Shown: positions 42,847 to 62,593, counted from the stretch's first letter. The stretch: DNA of 64,000 nt from Eledone cirrhosa (GCA_964016885.1 OZ024740.1:365986001-366050000); one strand, 5' to 3'. Notes: generated by a model not told the origin, from the letters alone. Numbers and translations are program-made.

Positions 42847-44211
42847 TAACTTTGAATAACTTTGAAATGTTTTGGCCAGTATTGGCCCAGGCCATGTCTA
42901 ACTTAATAGCACCACCTGGCGAAGTCTTTCAATTCAGGATTTGGGCACCATGGCCCATTCGAGAAGAGAATTACTGTTTGCGGAGACATATCCGGGTGTG
43001 GGTGGTTTGTCCGGGATTACTTGGAGGAATTTGTCCAAAGACTTCTTGAATTTTGTGTGGTCAGTTTCTGTTTTGACGTGTCCTGGTGTGATGTTGAAGA
43101 GAGCAGGGCCGATTGAGGTGAAATAATTGTGCCGTATTGTTGTTATGAGTTGCGATTTAGATTTTTGAATGGGACGGATAGCACGGGGCCCAAGCCTTGG
43201 GTGTATCTTGAAGGCGATGCCAACATCATTTGGGCAGTGATGATGGAACATTTTCCACATCATGCAGATAATATAACGCTCACGGCGACGTTGGAGTGAG
43301 TAAAGTTTCAGGTTTTCCAATCGACCCCAGTAGTCAAGGTCTGACATGCCATCTATCTTTTTCGTGATTGCCCTTTCAGGAGCTTCAAGTTTCATGATAC
43401 TTTGTTTCGTGTGGGGAGACCACAGTGGACAACAGTATTCAAGGTGTGGTCGGGCGAAAGTAGAGAAGAGAAGGATAATGGTGCGGGAATCTCTCGACTG
43501 GAAGGTTCTGAGGATCCAGGAACACATTCTGCGGGCCATGTCAACTTTGCTGCTTATATGCGTGGTCCAGCTTATGTTGCTGTCCACGGTTACTCCCAAG
43601 TCTCTGATGTTGTTAGATGCCACGAGAGTTTCCCCGGAGGGAAGGGAGTACGGGAGTTTCAGAGCATCCTCTTTTCCAAAGTGGATCAGTTCGAATTTGT
43701 CTTCGTTCAGTAACATGTTGTTCTTTTCTGCCCATTGGGTAACAGCCAGTAGGTCTGGCTGAAGGCTTATCCGGTCATCCACGCCATTGATGACCTTTTG
43801 GAGCTTGGAATCATCAGCGAAAATTTTAATGTTGCTGTGTTTGATGATGTCAGTGATGTCATTAATATAGATGATGAAGAGAAGTGGGCCCAACACAGTG
43901 CCGTGTGGGACTCCACTACTGACTTTGGCTGGGCTTGATTTGACTCCCTCAACTACAACATGTTGGGTTCTGTTTGACAGGAAGCTCTTGATCCACTGCA
44001 GCAGCTTTCCAGTGACACCAATATTGGACAGCTTTCTCAGTAGAATGTTATGATCAACCCTGTCAAAGGCCTTGCTGAAATCAAGGTAGATAACATCAGT
44101 GTTGGAACCCTCTCCCAAGGCTCTCAAAATGTCATCAAAGTGATGCAGTAGTTGCGTCAGGCAATCCCTTCCATTACGGAATCCATGCTGGTTGGAGTTC
44201 AGCATATTGTT
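42847..44211 (-). mobile_element. 5'-truncated CR1-type LINE inserted in TA field
   Basis: RT ORF, short 3' UTR with ggcca-atac-tggcc hairpin and (TTCAAAGTTA)2 tail. Confidence 0.9.
42934..44211 (-). pseudogene. CR1-type reverse transcriptase, C-terminal 425 codons, uninterrupted
   Basis: [44 protein letters not shown]...[13 protein letters not shown]. Confidence 0.9.
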
Positions 44212-48216
<4,005 letters not shown>

Positions 48217-49378
48217 GAAAAGGCGTAGGTAGAAACTACATTTTATGTCCCAAATGCAAAGTATGGGTGCATAAAAGATGTAGTGGGATCACAGGTAAGC
48301 TAACTAAGAACATAGATTTTACATGTGGCCGGTGCTCTGGTGCAATAAGTAGCAGCAAGTTGCCACAAAATACTAGCTCCTTCAACTGCGCAGAGGGTTC
48401 TATAGAAATAGTGGACAGCTTCCGTTACCTGGGTGACAAAATCAGCAGTGGGGGAGGGTGCTCTGAAAGTACAGTAGCTAGAGTCAGAACTGGATGGAAA
48501 AAGTTCAGAGAGCTTATACCACTATTAGCCGCTAGAGGGTTCTCCCTAAAAATGAAAGGCAGGTTATACGATGCCTGCATACGAACAGCAATGCTGCATG
48601 GCAGTGAGACCTGGGCATTGTGTGCAGAGGATATACGCAGCCTAGAGAGGAACGAAGCTTGCATGCTCCGCTGGATGTGCAATAGTAATATACGTGAACG
48701 GCTAAGCATAAACGAACTAAGGAAAAAATTAGAAATAAGAGGGATCAGATGTTGTTTACTCGAGAGAAGGCTACGTTGGTACGGTCACGTGATGCGCATG
48801 AAAAACGACAGCTGTATAACAAAGTGCAGGGCAATAAAGATAGACGGTAGCCACGGAGTAGGCAGACCCAGAAAAACATGGGACGAGCTGATAAATTCCG
48901 ACCTCACACGCTTACACCTCTCAAAGACAATGTCACTGGACCGAGACCTTTGGCGGTACTCAGTAACAGAGAAGACCCGCCTTACCTAAATACAAAGTAA
49001 AAACCTACTACAGTCAGTAGGCATCTCTATCAAAACACACCGCCGTCCTACCACCTCCACCCCATCAACACCGCCCCTTTCAATGTAAAGTTATGTTGGT
49101 CCCACAACATCCAGGGCGAAACAAATGAGATCGTGTAGGTGTCACAACAAAAAAACACACAGTCCACGCTGTAAATGTGGCCGTGTAGGCAACACAGTAA
49201 AAACCTCCCAGCCCCACACTGTAAATGTGGTTGGTGTTAGGAAGGGCATCCAACTGTAGAAAACCCGCCAGACAGTCCTATGCGAGCAAGACAACCACTC
49301 TTGCCTCAAGTGGGAAAACCCCCGTCCAAACCCATGAAAGCGTGGAACACGGACGCTAAACCTGATGATGATGATGAT
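48217..49378 (+). mobile_element. RTE family A copy 2, 5'-truncated within the PHD-like finger (ORF remnant ends 48989)
   Basis: Near-identical to 8546-9807; single 112-bp UTR unit; (GAT)n tail; TA flanks. Confidence 0.95.
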
Positions 49379-49380
49379 AC

Positions 49381-49441
<61 letters not shown>

Positions 49442-49490
49442 CATATATATACATATACATATATATACATATACATATATATACATATAC

Positions 49491-49545
<55 letters not shown>

Positions 49546-49565
49546 CATATATACATATATATATA

Positions 49566-49908
49566 TTCATTTCATTTTCATTTCATTTTACGTCCGCTTT
49601 TCCCTGCTTGCAAGGGTGGGACGGGAACTGATGCTGGCTTGATTTCTACAGCTGGATGCCCTTCCTAACACCAACCTCATTTACAGTGAGTGCTGGGTGC
49701 TTTTTTGCCGTGGCACCTCCACGACCACTTTGCAGTGGAATGATATGGACCCCAGTCCCTATCATCTCATTTCTACAGCTGAGTAAACTGAAGCAATGTG
49801 AAATAAAGTGTCTTGCTCAAGGAAACAACACATCACCCGGTCTGAGAATTGAACTCACAACCTTTCAATTGCAAGGCTAATGCTCTAACCACTAAGCCAT
49901 GTGCCTCC
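49566..49908 (-). mobile_element. CORE-like tRNA SINE with RTE-B-type tail
   Basis: Reverse-complement sister of 14247-14590; TA flanks. Confidence 0.88.
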
Positions 49909-50005
49909 ATATGTATATATATACATATATATACATATATATATATATACATATATATATACATATATATATATACATATATATATATACATATATATAT
50001 ATATA

Positions 50006-50173
<168 letters not shown>

Positions 50174-50305
50174 ATACATATACATATACATATATATATA
50201 CATATATATATACATATATATATATATATACATATATATATACATATATATATACATATATATATACATATATATACATATATATATACATACATATATA
50301 TATAC

Positions 50306-50360
<55 letters not shown>

Positions 50361-50373
50361 CATATATATATAC

Positions 50374-50406
<33 letters not shown>

Positions 50407-50407
50407 C

Positions 50408-50482
<75 letters not shown>

Positions 50483-50581
50483 CATATATACATATACATA
50501 TATATACACATATACATATATATATACATATATATACATATATATATACATATATATATACATATATATATACACATATAC

Positions 50582-50612
<31 letters not shown>

Positions 50613-51159
50613 TTTTTCAAGCTTGTTAGCTATCATCAGCACCGTTTACCCATCTGCCAGATAGTTGAACGTTCGAAAGTATATACTTTCCTTATTAAAA
50701 TTAAGGCTGAGCAGCCTAATTTGCATATTGATTGAGTTAAATCGTTCCTGTGTCAGTGTTGAACAAAAAGGTGACGTGGTTGCCTTAACACCGTATGGCA
50801 TAAATTCAGGCTGTTCAGTTTGTTTACAAACGAACAAAGCGATGTTATAATAAGCGCCGCTAAACTGATACGTGCACATATGTATGTGTACCTGTATGCA
50901 TATGTATGTATATATATATATGTGCATGCTACTGTACGTCTGTATACATATATGTATGTACGTATACATGCATACTTACATTTAAGTAAGTGCCATACTA
51001 AGAGTGAGAAATGAAATTTCGTTTTCATTTTGTTTCAATTTATCGTTTTCGGTATGCCTGACCGATTTAACTCACTCAATATGCAAATTAGGCTGCTCAG
51101 CCTTAATTTTCATAAGGAAAGTATATACTTTCGAACGTTCAACTATCTGGCAGATGGGT

Positions 51160-51205
51160 AACCGGTGCTGATGATAGCTAACAAGCTTGAAACTAGTACA
51201 TCGTT
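51160..51205 (+). ncRNA. Minimal type I hammerhead ribozyme
   Basis: cggtg-CTGATGA-t-agct-aaca-agct-t-GAAA-CTAG-TA-catcg; predicted cleavage after 51198. Confidence 0.82.
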
Positions 51206-51547
51206 CCTGTGTCAGTGTTGAACAAAAAGGTGACGTGGTTGCCTTAACACCGTATGGCATAAATTCAGGCTGTTCAGTTTGTTTACAAACGAACAAAGCG
51301 ACGTTATAATAAGCGCCGCTAAACTGATACGTGCATATATGTATGTACGTATACATGCATACTTACATTTAAGTAAGTGCCATACTAAGAGTGAGAAATG
51401 AAATTTCGTTTTCATTTTGTTTCAATTTATCGTTTTCGGTATGCCTGCCCGATTTAACTCACTCAATATGCAAATTAGGCTGCTCAGCCTTAATTTTCAT
51501 AAGGAAAGTATATACTTTCGAACGTTCAACTATCTGGCAGATGGGTA

Positions 51548-51592
51548 AACGGTGCTGATGATAGCTAACAAGCTTGAAACTAGTACATCGTT
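51548..51592 (+). ncRNA. Minimal type I hammerhead ribozyme
   Basis: 7-bp stem I aacggtg/catcgtt, CTGATGA 51555-51561, GAAA 51576-51579, palindromic stem III ACTAGT, GUA triplet. Confidence 0.85.
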
Positions 51593-51841
51593 CCTGTGTC
51601 AGTGTTGAACAAAAAGGTGACGTGGTTGCCTTAACACCGTATGGCATAAATTCAGGCTGTTCAGTTTGTTTACAAACGAACAAAGCGACGTTATAATAAG
51701 CGCCGCTAAACTGATACGTGCATATATGTATGTGTACCTGTATACATATGTATGTATATATGTATATATATATATATATATATGTGCATGCTACTGTACG
51801 TCTGTATACATATATGTATGTACGTATACATGCATACTTAC

Positions 51842-51842
<1 letters not shown>

Positions 51843-51876
<34 letters not shown>

Positions 51877-51877
51877 C

Positions 51878-51922
<45 letters not shown>

Positions 51923-51931
51923 TATATATAC

Positions 51932-51980
<49 letters not shown>

Positions 51981-51981
51981 T

Positions 51982-52043
<62 letters not shown>

Positions 52044-52071
52044 ACATATATATATATATATACACATATAC

Positions 52072-52152
<81 letters not shown>

Positions 52153-52219
52153 TACATATATATACATATATATACACATATACATATATATACATATATA
52201 TATATATACATATATATAC

Positions 52220-52260
<41 letters not shown>

Positions 52261-52411
52261 TATACATATATACATATACATATATATACATATATATACA
52301 TATATATATATATATATACATATATACATATATATATATATACATATAAATACATATACATATATATATATATACATATATACATATATATATATATATA
52401 CATATATATAC

Positions 52412-52444
<33 letters not shown>

Positions 52445-52735
52445 CATATATATACATATATATATATATACATATATATACATATATATATATATATACA
52501 TATATATACATATATATATACATATATATATATATATACATATATATACATATACATATATATATATATACATATATACATATATATATATATACATATA
52601 AATACATATATATATATATACATATAAATACATATATATACATATATATATATATATACATATATATACATATATATATATATATACATATATATACATA
52701 TATATATATATATACATATATATACATATATATAC

Positions 52736-52784
<49 letters not shown>

Positions 52785-52861
52785 CATATACATATATATA
52801 TATATATATATATACATATATATACATATATATATACATATATATATATATATACATATAT
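51843..52861. repeat. Impure (TA)n field
   Basis: Directly visible. Confidence 0.95.
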
Positions 52862-53606
52862 ACAGTATTTTCCGTTGTGTTGTAATATAAATATTACACA
52901 CAGTAGATTATCAGCTCACGTAGAGTTTGCTCGACGGTTCCAGTTGTAGTTCCAAAAGTAATCCGGAGAAAAATAGAAAGATTTGAATGGATACAGTTTA
53001 GTTGAAAGGAATTTATTGACACGTGTTTCTATAACAGTTACATAACCTAAAACAGCTATCTACAAACTTTTAGTTATGCAGACATTCAATATTTCAATGT
53101 TATTATTTACTGTCATTTCATCAGAATAATATTACTGAGGACCTATTTAGTTTTTATAGAGAATATTAGGAGGGAGGGGTGAAGTTGTTAGAAGAATAGT
53201 TGAAGGAGTGGTTTTTCGATAGCAGTGAGGATTCTTGGTGGCAGTGAGTAATTAGATTCCCATCTGTTGTTTTGACATTTTTTATAGAATATATTATTGG
53301 TTATTTTTCTAAATCTATAGAAGGATTAGAGATAGTAAAGATATGCGTGGTTGGTTTTGTGTTTGCACTTAATTAACATTCAGACTTAAATTTTTCTTTC
53401 AAGTGTACGTATCCTTTCACCCACGCATTCACACACAAATATATTTGCACACCTCTACAAAATACATATACTCACAATTCACATATTCATACTTACATAT
53501 ATATACACATGCATACACATATATATACACACATGTATTCATGTACATACATACGCGCTCATGTGTATACATTTTCATACTCAACTTATCTTTATATACA
53601 CACGTA

Positions 53607-53857
53607 ATGTAACAACTTTAGCAGAAAAAGCTTGGACGCTCAGGGATAGCGACCAAAAGTTTACCCTAAAATGGGAAAAATTAGCTAAAACCCAAAGCTT
53701 TTCCAGGAGCCAAAATTTCTGCAAATTGTGTAATCTTGAGATTTATTACATAATCACACACAAGAAGAAACTGCTGAATAACAGAATTGAACGAACATTA
53801 TTCTGCCGTCACAGAACTAAAACCCTTTTTTCCCACTACAAGCCGAATATTACATAA
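53607..53857 (+). pseudogene. C-terminal fragment of Penelope-like GIY-YIG endonuclease
   Basis: TTLAEKAWTLRD...FTLKWEKL...CKLCNLE...LLNNR.E....CRH fits, from memory, the T.LS..W.L...W...CxLCxxE...LNxRxE...CRH tail of invertebrate PLE proteins. Confidence 0.72.
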
Positions 53858-53969
53858 AAGAGGGACATCCCCCAACTATATAAACCTTAATCTAGTTAGA
53901 AAAATATAAAAACAATCTCTTCTCAACATATATTAATAACCTTAAATTACCATACTAATAATGAAAAGA

Positions 53970-54027
53970 TATGCTGATGAGAATAGGTACAAATATGCGA
54001 TAATGAATGTGTCTAAAAACGTCCATA
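53970..54027 (+). ncRNA. Degenerate hammerhead-like motif
   Basis: tatg-CTGATGA, stem II taggtaca/tgtgtcta, AAAA in place of GAAA, CGTC, cata. Confidence 0.45.
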
Positions 54028-54172
54028 AGTATGTATATATATGTGAAAATGTATATAAATAAGTAAATATATATATATGTTTGATGTGTATAGTTAGATG
54101 TAAGTGTATTCATGTATTAAAGTGCTTATATATATATGTATATGTATATATGTGTATATGTATGTATATGTA

Positions 54173-54225
<53 letters not shown>

Positions 54226-54808
54226 GTATATATATGTATATATGTATGTATATATGTGTATATGGATGTGTAAGTATGTGTATGTGTGTACACATGGACT
54301 AGAGTATGTATGTATATATGTGTGTGTCTATACGTGTGTATATAAAGATAAGTTGAGTATGAAAATGTATACACATGAGCGCGTATGTATGTACATGAAT
54401 ACATGTGTGTATATATATGTGTATGCATGTCTATATATATGTAAGTATGAATATGTGAATTGTGAGTATATGTATTTTGTAGAGGTGTGCAAATATATTT
54501 GTGTGTGAATGCGTGGGTGAAAGGATACGTACACTTGAAAGAAAAATTTAAGTCTGAATGTTAATTAAGTGCAAACACAAAACCAACCACGCATATCTTT
54601 ACTATCTCTAATCCTTCTATAGATTTAGAAAAATAACCAATAATATATTCTATAAAAAATGTCAAAACAACAGATGGGAATCTAATTACTCACTGCCACC
54701 AAGAATTCTCACTGCTATCGAAAAACCACTCCTTCAACTATTCTTCTAACAACTTCACCCCTCCCTCCTAATATTCTCTATAAAAACTAAATAGGTCCTC
54801 AGTAATAT

Positions 54809-54854
54809 TATTCTGATGAAATGACAGTAAATAATAACATTGAAATATTGAATG
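54809..54854 (+). ncRNA. Hammerhead-like motif (mirror copy 53083-53128, minus strand)
   Basis: tatt-CTGATGA-aatg...catt-GAAA-tattg-aatg; non-canonical cleavage triplet. Confidence 0.45.
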
Positions 54855-54964
54855 TCTGCATAACTAAAAGTTTGTAGATAGCTGTTTTAGGTTATGTAAC
54901 TGTTATAGAAACACGTGTCAATAAATTCCTTTCAACTAAACTGTATCCATTCAAATCTTTCTAT

Positions 54965-55060
54965 ATATACATATATATACATATACATATACATATATAT
55001 ATATATATATACATATATACATATATATATATATACATACATATATACATATATATATAC

Positions 55061-55111
<51 letters not shown>

Positions 55112-55138
55112 CATATATATATATACATATATATAAAC

Positions 55139-55169
<31 letters not shown>

Positions 55170-55182
55170 CATATATACATAC

Positions 55183-55237
<55 letters not shown>

Positions 55238-55680
55238 CATATATACATACATATATATATATATATACATATATACATACATATATATACATATATACAT
55301 ATATACATATATACATATACATATATATATACATATATACATATATATATACATATATACATATATATACATATACATATATATACATATACATATATAT
55401 ACATATACATATATATACATATACATATATATACATATACATATATATATATATATACATATAGATATATATATATACATATATATAGATATATATATAC
55501 ACATATATATAGATATATATATACATAGATATATATATACATATATATAGATATATACATATATATATATACATAGATATATATATACACATATATATAC
55601 ATAGATATATATATACATAGATATATATATACACATATATATATACATAGATATATATATACATATATATAGATATATAC

Positions 55681-55775
<95 letters not shown>

Positions 55776-56136
55776 CATATATATACATATATATATACAT
55801 ACATATATACACATACATATATACACATACATATATATATACATATATATATACATATACATACATATATACATATATATACATATACATACATATATAC
55901 ATATATATACATATACATACATATATATACATATACATACATATATACATATATATACATATATACATATATATACATATATACATATATATACAGACAT
56001 ATATACATATACATACATATATACACATACATATATATACATACATATACATACATATATACATATATATACATATATACATATATATACAGACATATAT
56101 ACATATACATACATATATACACATACATATATATAC

Positions 56137-56167
<31 letters not shown>

Positions 56168-56176
56168 CATATATAT

Positions 56177-56221
<45 letters not shown>

Positions 56222-56844
56222 TATACATACATATATATATATATATATACACATATATATATACATATATACACATATATATACATACATATATATATAT
56301 ATATATACACATATATATATATATACATATATACACATATACATATATACATATATATACATATATATATATACATATATATATACACATATATATATAT
56401 ATACATATATACACATATACATATATACATATATATATATACATATATATATATATACATATATATATACATATATATACATATATATATACATATATAT
56501 ATATACATATATACATATATATACATATATACATATATATATACATATATATATATACATATATACATATATATATACATATATATATATATATACATAT
56601 ATACATATATATATACATATATACATATATATATACATATATATATATATATACATATATACATATATATATACATATATATATATATACATATATATAC
56701 ATATATATATACATATATACACATATATATATACATATATACACATATATATACATATATACACATATATATATACATATATACACATATATATACATAT
56801 ATACACATATATATACATATATACATATATATATACATATATAC

Positions 56845-56909
<65 letters not shown>

Positions 56910-57027
56910 CACATATATATATATATACATATATATATATACATATATATACATTATATATAAATATATATAAATATATGTAAATATTATATATAAATAT
57001 ATATAAATATTATATATAAATATATAT
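54965..57027. repeat. 2-kb impure (TA)n field
   Basis: Directly visible. Confidence 0.97.
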
Positions 57028-59260
57028 ATAACTGGAAGTTCTAATAACTGGAAGTTCTTACGTGACAACTAATAACTGGAAGTTCTTACGTGACAACTTG
57101 CTGAAGGCTACTGATGAAACCTGTAGCTGGAGCAGAGCTCCAACCAGACAGAGAGTGACCTGGTGGTGGAACAGCACAGTAGATAAGGCTATTAGAGATA
57201 AAAGACTAGCATGGAAGGCTTGGAAAAAGGGTGGGAGTAGGGAAGAATATACAGCCACTAAGAGAGAAGCTAGACGTCAGGTGTACTTAGCACGCAGGGA
57301 GGCAGAGAGTAGGAGGTTTGCCAATGTTCTGCGACGGGAAGATCAGAGGTGTGCGGTGTTCCACATTGCAAGGCAGTGTGTCAATGCAAATCAGGATGTT
57401 GTTGGTGATAAATGTGTCCGGGATGATGCCGGTGTACTTAGTGTCACGAATGACCAGAATAAGGAGGCCTGGAAATGTCATTATGAGAGACTGATGAATG
57501 TGGAGAACGAATGGGAGAGAGAGAAATTACCCTTGGTAGATCCGACAGAGGGACCAGCTATTGAGATTGACGAATATAGGGTCCAAGAGGCGATTAGGGA
57601 AATGAAAAATGGTAAGGCGGCCAGACCATCGGGAATAGTTGCTGAGATGCTGAAGGCATCAGGGGACGTAGGCACTAAACTGGTTGCACGCATCATCAAT
57701 CAGGCTATATATGGTGGTGTCATACCCAAAGACTGGTGCAGCAGTATTCTCATAAATTGCTACAAAGGTAAAGGGGATGCTTTGGAGAGGAGCAATTATA
57801 GGGGTATGAAACTGATAGATCAGGTTATGAAAGTGGCAGAAAGGATTTTAGCACAACTAATTAGAGAAAGGGTCAAACTAGATGAGATGCAGTTTGGTTT
57901 TGTGCCTGGGAAGAGTACAACAGATGCCCTCTTCTTGGTGAGACAAATGCAAGAGAGGTTCTTAGAGAAGAATAAGCCACTATACTTAGCCTTTGTTGAC
58001 CTAGAGAAGGCCTTTGATAGGGTACCCCGATCTGTCATCTGGTGGTCCCTAAGGAAGCTGGGCGTTGAGGAATGGCTTGTGAGGACAGTGCAAACTTTGT
58101 ACAGAGGTACTCTCAGTAAAGTCAGGGTAGGAATGGAGTTTAGTGAGGAATTCCAGATACAAGTAGGAGTACATCAGGGTTCGGTCCTCAGCCCGCTCTT
58201 GTTCATTATAGTCCTCCAAGCCATAACAGAGGAGTTTAAGACTGGCTGTCCATGGGAACTTCTCTATGCTGACGATCTGGCTCTTATAGCAGAATCAGTA
58301 GAGGAGCTAGAGAATAAATTCCGGCTATGGAAACAGCAGTTGGAAGCAAGAGGACTGAGAGTAAATCTAGCTAAGACAAAATTGTTGATGAGTAGAAAAG
58401 AGGACAAAACCCTGATTCCGTCAGGGAAATGGCCATGTTCGATATGCAGAAAAGGAACTGGCATAAATTCTATAAAATGCACACAATGCAGGTCCTGGGT
58501 ACACAAAAGATGTAGCGGGATAGCAGGCAAACTAACAGGTAGGGAGAAATATGTATGCAGTAGATGTACAGGGAAATTAGACAGTAGAAGTCACACTGAT
58601 AGACACATTTTTCAAATGCGAGAGGGCGCTATAGAAGTGGTGGATAGCTTCCGGTACCTGGGAGATCAGATTAGCATGGGAGGAGGGTATTCCAAGGCCA
58701 TAGTATCTAGAATAAGGACGGGTTGGAAGAAGTTTAGGGAGCTGCTTCCTCTGTTGACGAAGAAGGGTTTCTCCCTGCGTACGAAAGGCCGGTTGTATGA
58801 TGCCTGTGTGAGGAGCGCGATGCTGCATGGTAGTGAGACATGGGCAGCAACCGCAGAGGATATGCGACGGCTGGAGAGAAATGAGGCAAGCATGCTCCGT
58901 TGGATGTGCAGTGTAAATGTGCGTGAACGACCCAGCATAAATGTGTTGAGAGAGAAACTGTGTCTGAGAGGGATAGAATGTAGTGTACGGGAGAGGAGAC
59001 TGAGGTGGTATGGACATGTGATGCGCATGGAGGATGACCGATGGGTGAAGAAGTGCCAGGAAATGCCAGTTGAAGGAAGACGTGGTAGAGGTAGACCATG
59101 AAAAACATGGGCGGAGGTGGTGAGAACAGACCTCAGATCATTGAAGCTCACGGTGGAGATGACGAGGGACCGTGACGAGTGGAGCGATGCTGTGCTGAAT
59201 AAAACCCGTCCCACCCTTGCAAGCAGGGAAAAACGGACGTAAAATGATGATGATGATGAT
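57028..59260 (+). mobile_element. RTE family B, 5'-truncated
   Basis: RT ORF homologous to but clearly diverged from family A; stem-loop plus (GAT)n tail; TA flanks. Confidence 0.95.
57071..59242 (+). pseudogene. RTE-B RT with PHD-like finger; premature TGA at 59099-59101, natural stop at 59240-59242
   Basis: GRP*KTW corresponds to GRPRKTW in family A; the frame continues KTWAEVVRTDL...[14 protein letters not shown]-stop. Confidence 0.9.
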
Positions 59261-59277
59261 ATATATAAATATATATA

Positions 59278-61572
<2,295 letters not shown>

Positions 61573-61691
61573 TATAAATATATATATATAAATATATATA
61601 TATATAAATATATATATATAAATATATATATATATAAATATATATATATATAAATATATATATATATAAATATATAAATATATATATATAT

Positions 61692-61759
<68 letters not shown>

Positions 61760-61848
61760 AATATATATATATATAAATATATATATATAAATATATATAT
61801 ATATAAATATATATATATAAATATATATATATATAAATATATATAAAC

Positions 61849-61887
<39 letters not shown>

Positions 61888-62060
61888 AACATATATATAT
61901 ATAAATATATTGTTATACTTTGGGAGGGTCATGTTGCCAATAAGAAACACACGCACCAGTTGCTTTCACTTCAATTTAATATATATTTATAAATTTACAA
62001 ATTTATAAATTTCTGGTTGGTTGGTTGGTTCCACAACCAGATAGTTGTTTATATATATAT

Positions 62061-62105
62061 AGTCATAGTTCTTTCGTCACACACTCTGTGACCTCTTCAG
62101 TGACT
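62061..62105 (-). ncRNA. Minimal type I hammerhead ribozyme (mirror copy)
   Basis: Exact reverse complement of 62221-62265. Confidence 0.78.
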
Positions 62106-62220
62106 GGGGATTTCTTTCTTCGTTTCTGTGCCTTTCCTTTCTTCTATCCTACGCCATTTTTCAGAAAAATGGCGTAGGATAGAAGAAAGGAAAGGCACAG
62201 AAACGAAGAAAGAAATCCCC

Positions 62221-62265
62221 AGTCACTGAAGAGGTCACAGAGTGTGTGACGAAAGAACTATGACT
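62221..62265 (+). ncRNA. Minimal type I hammerhead ribozyme
   Basis: Stem I agtca/tgact, CTGAAGA, stem II gtcac/gtgac, GAAA, stem III AG-aa-CT, CUA triplet; predicted cleavage after 62260. Confidence 0.8.
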
Positions 62266-62488
62266 ATATATATATAAACAACTATCTGGTTGTGGAACCA
62301 ACCAACCAACCAGAAATTTATAAATTTGTAAATTTATAAATATATATTAAATTAAATTGAAGTGAAAGCAACTGGTGCGTGTGTTTCTTATTGGCAACAT
62401 GACCCTCCCAAAGTATAACAATATCGGTTTCAACACACGATTTCAGATAAAGAATCTTGCTAAACAAATTCAGAAACGAAATATATAA

Positions 62489-62593
<105 letters not shown>

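Larger units (their letters stand above)
50615..51842 (+). mobile_element. Hammerhead-containing tandem element (retrozyme-like or Penelope pLTR array) with 5' inverted segment
   Basis: Inverted arm 50615-50744; units 50741-51198, 51199-51585 and partial 51586-51842; TA flanks; no credible ORF. Confidence 0.8.
52862..54964 (+). mobile_element. 5'-truncated Penelope-like element with 634-bp inverted arms
   Basis: Arms 52973-53606 and 54331-54964 are near-perfect reverse complements; the spacer holds an endonuclease C-terminus and a hammerhead-like motif; TA flanks. Confidence 0.78.
61907..62480. mobile_element. 518-bp palindrome plus 56-bp extension; probable Penelope-like inverted pLTR insertion
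   Basis: Arms 61907-62162 and 62164-62424 centred on 62163, one 5-nt indel; hammerhead in each arm. Confidence 0.78.

Noticed and set aside
50615-50647. Third functional hammerhead on the minus strand
   Set aside because: Truncated right after GAAA; lacks stem III and the cleavage site.
50646-51415. Repeated ORFs ([12 protein letters not shown]...)
   Set aside because: Antisense readings of the hammerhead repeat with variable starts and no recognisable domain.
53607-53960. Selenoprotein-type Penelope element
   Set aside because: Visible Cys codons are TGC/TGT and I could not identify a SECIS.
59099-59101. In-frame TGA as selenocysteine or readthrough
   Set aside because: Aligns with Arg of GRPRKTW; a single substitution explains it.
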